A stretch of DNA of 61,146 nt, counting the filler, from Hausera hauseri (taxonomy: Eukaryota): assembly GCA_046269625.1 (NCBI GenBank). It is 9 parts of 9 records of this genome, joined end to end, with 100 filler letters (N's around TTAATTAATTAA, not from the genome) between each part and the next. Parts side by side here need not be neighbours in the genome. Positions count along the whole stretch, not along the records: positions 56,801 to 61,146 come from JBJURY010624553.1; 8 more parts are not named here. One strand, 5' to 3'. This document shows, one piece after another, positions 56,801-61,146 of the stretch. The notes below the pieces were generated by a model. It saw only the letters and a list, made by a program, of their open reading frames with translations, made no database searches and was not told the origin of the DNA. Position 1 is the stretch's first letter. Each line of letters opens with the position of its first letter. The position numbers and the translations under genes were made by a program.

Positions 56801-57823
56801 TCCGTACTGAATCTTACACGAAGAAAACCGAGAAGTGTACATAACTACCGTATTCAGAATTTCCTCAGTTGGTCGAGCAGAAATGAGTTGGTCAGGCGAA
56901 ACATAAAAGCAAAGGTTTACATAAGTATTAGCGATCATAGTTTGGACATTAATTCGTAGCTTTTTCACAGAATTCATTTTCGATTTCTTTTGGACACTCT
57001 ACACCTTCATTCTATATATAACATATTTTGAAGCGCCATTATAGTAAAAAGAAATGCCTAACGGATAGAGAGAGATTAACATAGTCACATTACAACTATC
57101 TCTCAGACATACAACATTTACTGTAAATTGGCAATCAAACAAAACTATACCCCATACTCTCTGCGCAATGCCGTTAAATCAGTCCGTGTACTGTCAACTA
57201 CTGACCGAAGAGCATTTGTATCCATCACTGTTTCATCCTGAACAACAAAATTAAAACGACTGAACAAACAGAATAAACTGAAAACCAAATACCAAGCGTC
57301 TCTCAAATCCCGTCATTCGTTGCTTCATTTCGCATTCCATATTCTTTAAGTACGACACCAAAATCCTTGAATGGAACACGCTTTCTTCTTCCAAATGCTG
57401 CTGTATTTCATCAGCCATCAAATCCATTCGGTTACATCCGACTGAAGCATACACGCAGCTGACTGGCGCTTTCAAACACATTCTCATATGCTCGGACAAT
57501 TGACGTAGCTTGCATTGGAATGTGCATCTTGGGTAAGGGCATTGAACTATAAGGTAGGTCACGTCGATATTTCGTGCTGGGTCCTTGGCAATGTCACGGA
57601 AATAATTCAAATATGTTTCAGCACATTCTTCTTTTCCACCGGGACATATTTTTTCTTCGTTTGACAAATACTCATCGACACATTTTGTACAGAATTTACA
57701 ACCACATGGTGCATAGCAGGAATCAATGAGCACTTTCGTACAGATTGTACACTTTAAATAGTCCGGTACTCCATCCGCGAAATGCAATTCATAGTTTCGA
57801 AGTAAACTGAACGACTCTTCCAT
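56801..57823 (-). CDS. TRAF-like RING + TRAF zinc finger + coiled-coil protein (partial, spliced)
   Basis: Exon 57823-57293: CTIC...PCGCKFCTKC...CP (RING), CPYPRC...HMRMC, CVYASVGC...H...H. A 55-nt GT-AG intron (57238-57292) is followed in frame by the coiled-coil exon DETVMDTNALRSVVD. No MATH domain is seen within the contig. Confidence 0.8.
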
Positions 57824-58579
57824 GATGTAAATATGAAAAACAAAGCAAAAGGAAATGCGTGTATGTGATTTTTGATTTACGAAAGTTTCAATAATTGTGC
57901 AACTTAAAATAGTATGGTAGTTCCGTGACATATTTCTAAATTCGGCCACCTTAGAATATTTTACAAATTTTGAAGCTTTGTTCGCATACCACGAATTCAC
58001 AAGACTATCTATATGACACTTCATAAAATAAATATGCAAGATCAGCGTTTCCAAAATGTGGGTAACTGGACTCCCAGGAATCCACAGCCATATTTCTGGG
58101 GTTCACTGTCTGATTTTGCAATAAAAAATACCCAAGTAGTACAATAAACACCTTAATCTGTTTTTGCACGAACTTGTTATACGAATTATTATAAATATTT
58201 CATATTGCAAAATTATTGCAAACTTTGAATATATCAATTTTGCAACGTTTTGATGGTGTTTTTATAAATAAGTTAGTTGACTAAAAAATAAGGCAGTATT
58301 TGGTAAGTACGAAATTTTTGAAGCATTTTTACAATTGCTTGTCTTTATAGAACTATGAAGTGTTATTTAATTCCAAAATTACAAAAAAATTGGGAATCAA
58401 AGCCAAAGCGGTGAAACTTCATTAACAGGCCGAGATGGCAGTGATGAAAATGAGGACACCGTTGGAAATATTGCGACACCTTTAATGCTAGTCGGTACTG
58501 GCAGCAAGGGCAATAGTTTTTTCCATTAAACTTGATTATCAAGCTACGCATTATGCCAAGAAGAAGGTTTATCGACATA

Positions 58580-59090
58580 ACGCGGAGTATTTGATTCTAG
58601 GTATTACAAAGTATCGATCATCATCGTATAGTGCCGAAACACAACCGTAGTGCATAATTTGTGGCCAAGTCATAAAAATGATTCCATGAAACCATTGAGG
58701 TTAAAGAAACACTTTGAAACAAAGCACTCAGAGTTTCAGAATAATTGTTGATTTCTTTCAGAAGAAAGAACCACAGTTAAAAGGCACTCAAAAAACTGTG
58801 TCCCACGTTCATAACAGAATCGTACAAATTAGCCGTAATTGCCTCCCTTAACGTGGCTCAACTCAGCTCAGAAAAGCAAACATCATACCATTGCCGAAGA
58901 ACTCGTTCTACCAGCAGCAAAAATTACGGTATCATCAATGATTGGTGATAAGGCTGTCAAAGAAATTTCACAAATTCCTTTGTCTAACAACACAATACAA
59001 AGGGGAATTAAATGCATGGCAGATAACTTTAAAGAACAGTCAATAGAAAGAATTTATACATCCCCTTGTTTTGACATACGGTTACACATG
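58580..59090 (+). mobile_element. hAT Buster/ZBED5-type transposase relic
   Basis: BED finger CIICGQV..SMKPLRLKKHFETKH; HTIAEELVLPAA; IPLSNNTIQR.I..MA. Confidence 0.85.
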
Positions 59091-59479
59091 CGGAAAAATT
59101 AATTGGGTCATGTGGTGCTGCGGCTGCGGGCACAATCGGGTTTTTTTCGAATGATTTCTTTTTCTGAATTATCAGTGATGTCATTGCGTACTTTCTGTAG
59201 AAAACTGAGCAACAATGGATCGGTGGACGAATCATTATCGTGGGAAAACTGACTTATAATCATTCATGATATTCACTCAATCTGTCAATTTAAATTCGCC
59301 CAAATTCGCTTCCAATTGCAAAACATAAAGGGAATTTTTAAATTTCAACTGTTGCATAAATCTTTGACCAACGACAATGCCAATTTTCCTTCGACAGTTT
59401 GACAAACACTTCATATGTTCCTTTCAATCAGTAACAGGGATTTTGATATTTTTCTTTTGAGACAATGTTGGCAATACAG

Positions 59480-60620
59480 CAGCTCTTATTTGAGTTTCAT
59501 TGTTTGAATTGTCGACAGCGATAACTTACCCTTAAGTGTATCACGAGAAACTCTACAACAAGAAAAACTAATGAAGGTCATTCAAAAGAAATTAGTTAGA
59601 AAGGCTCTAGACATGATAAAAAAGATGAACAGAGACACGTTTGAATTGTTTTGGAAGGAATTTCGATCAGGCATAAAAATGGGAATGATTGAAGACAACA
59701 CGAACAGAAATCGACTGACGAAATTGATGCATACAAAGACCAACAAACAAACGAACAACATCACGAGTCTTAGTGAATATGTCTCTAGAATGCGACCTCA
59801 ACAAGAAGAAATCTTTTACGTTTGCTCCGAAAGTCTAGAACATATAGCAACGTCTCCATTTGTTGAGAAATTTTCAAAACGCGGATATGAAGTACTATAT
59901 TTTACCGATAGTTTAGATGAACATGCTTTGTTTTTAGTGGAAAAGTTTGAGGGAATAAAACTACTCAACCTAGCTCGCGGTGGGATATTATTAGATAAAA
60001 GTGAAGGTGCCAAAACGAAGTTAAACCAAAAGAGAGATGAATTGATACCATTAATTGAGTTTATGAAAGAATTGGATGTTACTAAAGACAATATAGAAAA
60101 CGTTGTTTTGACTGATCGATTGTTCTCGTCTCCATTTGCTGTCGTTCCTCAAGAACAAGGTTGGACCGGAAATATGGAAAGATTAGCTCGTTCACATACA
60201 ACTAAAAGGGATGAAGAAAAAGTTATTAAACAACATTTACAATTGAAAAAAAACTTAGAAATAAATCCGAAGCATCCGGTTGTCATGAAATTAGACCAAC
60301 TTATAACTAATGATGGAAATGCAAAAAATGATCTAAGCATTGTCAGTTTAGCCACGACTTTGTACGAGACTTTCAGATTGCTGTCAGGCTATACAGTTCA
60401 AGACTCGGATAAGTATTCTCATAATTTGGAAAGTGTTTTAGCAAATGATATAAATGATTATCCAATAGAAATGGAGGATACTGATGATACTCTAAGAACG
60501 GATAATGATAAAAATGCTTGGAATAAATATGACGAGGACCGAGAGGAGACATTCTTGAATGATAACGGCTCTCTTCAGAGCCACAATTGCTTATTTCGAT
60601 GGGGTTCCGAATTCCCCTAA
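59480..60620 (+). pseudogene. HSP90B1: Endoplasmin/GRP94 (HSP90 family)-like middle and C-terminal fragment
   Basis: [61 protein letters not shown]...GYEVLY; GWTGNMERL; LEINPKHP. There is an in-frame TGA just upstream, no N-terminal ATPase domain and no KDEL/HDEL end. Confidence 0.8.
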
Positions 60621-61146
60621 AAAATTCGCTTTAATCAACATTTCAGCCGAAACGAACAGAAGTTGCGAGAACAAAGCTAAAGTCTACCTCTTTAGTCGGG
60701 TGGAAATTCCATTTCAAAACAGGATCGGTGACATCGTGTCCAAAAGTCGAACAAAAGACGAGACCGAGAAAACAATATCAAACAAAAATAAGGTCGGTCA
60801 TTTTGTATTGCTGTATGTCATTGTCTGCCGTCCCCGCTCCCTACTTTAAACTCCCCTTAGATAATTACCACGTTAAAACTTATTGGGGTGAATTAATTGA
60901 TGTTCACATTAGTATTTTAAGTCCCGTGAAATTAGATGCAAGTAGGATCCCATTCCTTTTCAGGAATTTATCTTTGAGAATAGATGTACGAAATACCAAA
61001 TTTGACAGTCTGGCAAATACTTTATCATATTTATATCGCGCCAGACCCAAAATGGCATCACAACAGATGGTTGGAAAGATTAAAAATAAAAAGAGTAACC
61101 AACCATCTGTTGACAGGTATCGGCCGTTAAATAAATATTATATAAA

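Noticed and set aside
57824-58054. N-terminal extension of the TRAF-like ORF shown in the ORF track
   Set aside because: It starts at a non-ATG codon and is AT-rich and UTR/intron-like; the ATG at 57823 better fits the RING start.

Overview
This window is not one locus. It is nine eukaryotic (metazoan, mostly AT-rich) contigs joined by artificial 100-nt linkers (44 N + TTAATTAATTAA + 44 N). Contigs: 1-10907, 11008-16697, 16798-24066, 24167-30744, 30845-38981, 39082-43486, 43587-51477, 51578-56700, 56801-61146. Most contigs look like an AT-rich invertebrate with very short introns. A flatworm/planarian is plausible from the TRAF-like gene, 37-55 nt introns and mariners, but this is inference. 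Contig 3 carries teleost-like transposons. Contents by contig: (1) a 5'-truncated 10.7-kb uninterrupted ORF for a giant coiled-coil/repeat protein with LC8-type TQT motifs and a C-terminal SxIP; (2) a Tc1 relic plus a decayed CRESS-DNA-virus-like Rep (HUH + SF3 helicase) that is split by four 37-43 nt GT-AG introns and missed by the ORF track; (3) L2 and Rex1 LINE fragments and an intact 3-exon hAT transposase; (4) a decayed Polinton/adintovirus-type protein-primed PolB interrupted by a 1264-bp insertion with a 5-bp TSD; (5, 7) two divergent decayed Ty3/Gypsy elements that both place a chuvirus/gB-like class III fusion glycoprotein upstream of protease-RT-RNaseH-integrase, one of which also has a second type-I membrane protein after integrase; (6) pogo/Tigger, MITE and mariner relics; (8) a gag followed by non-pol cargo; (9) a TRAF-like gene, a Buster-type hAT relic and a GRP94-like fragment. 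The best candidates for undescribed systems are the glycoprotein-before-pol retroelement family and the multi-intron CRESS-like Rep element. All assignments are by-eye motif recognition; no searches were run.
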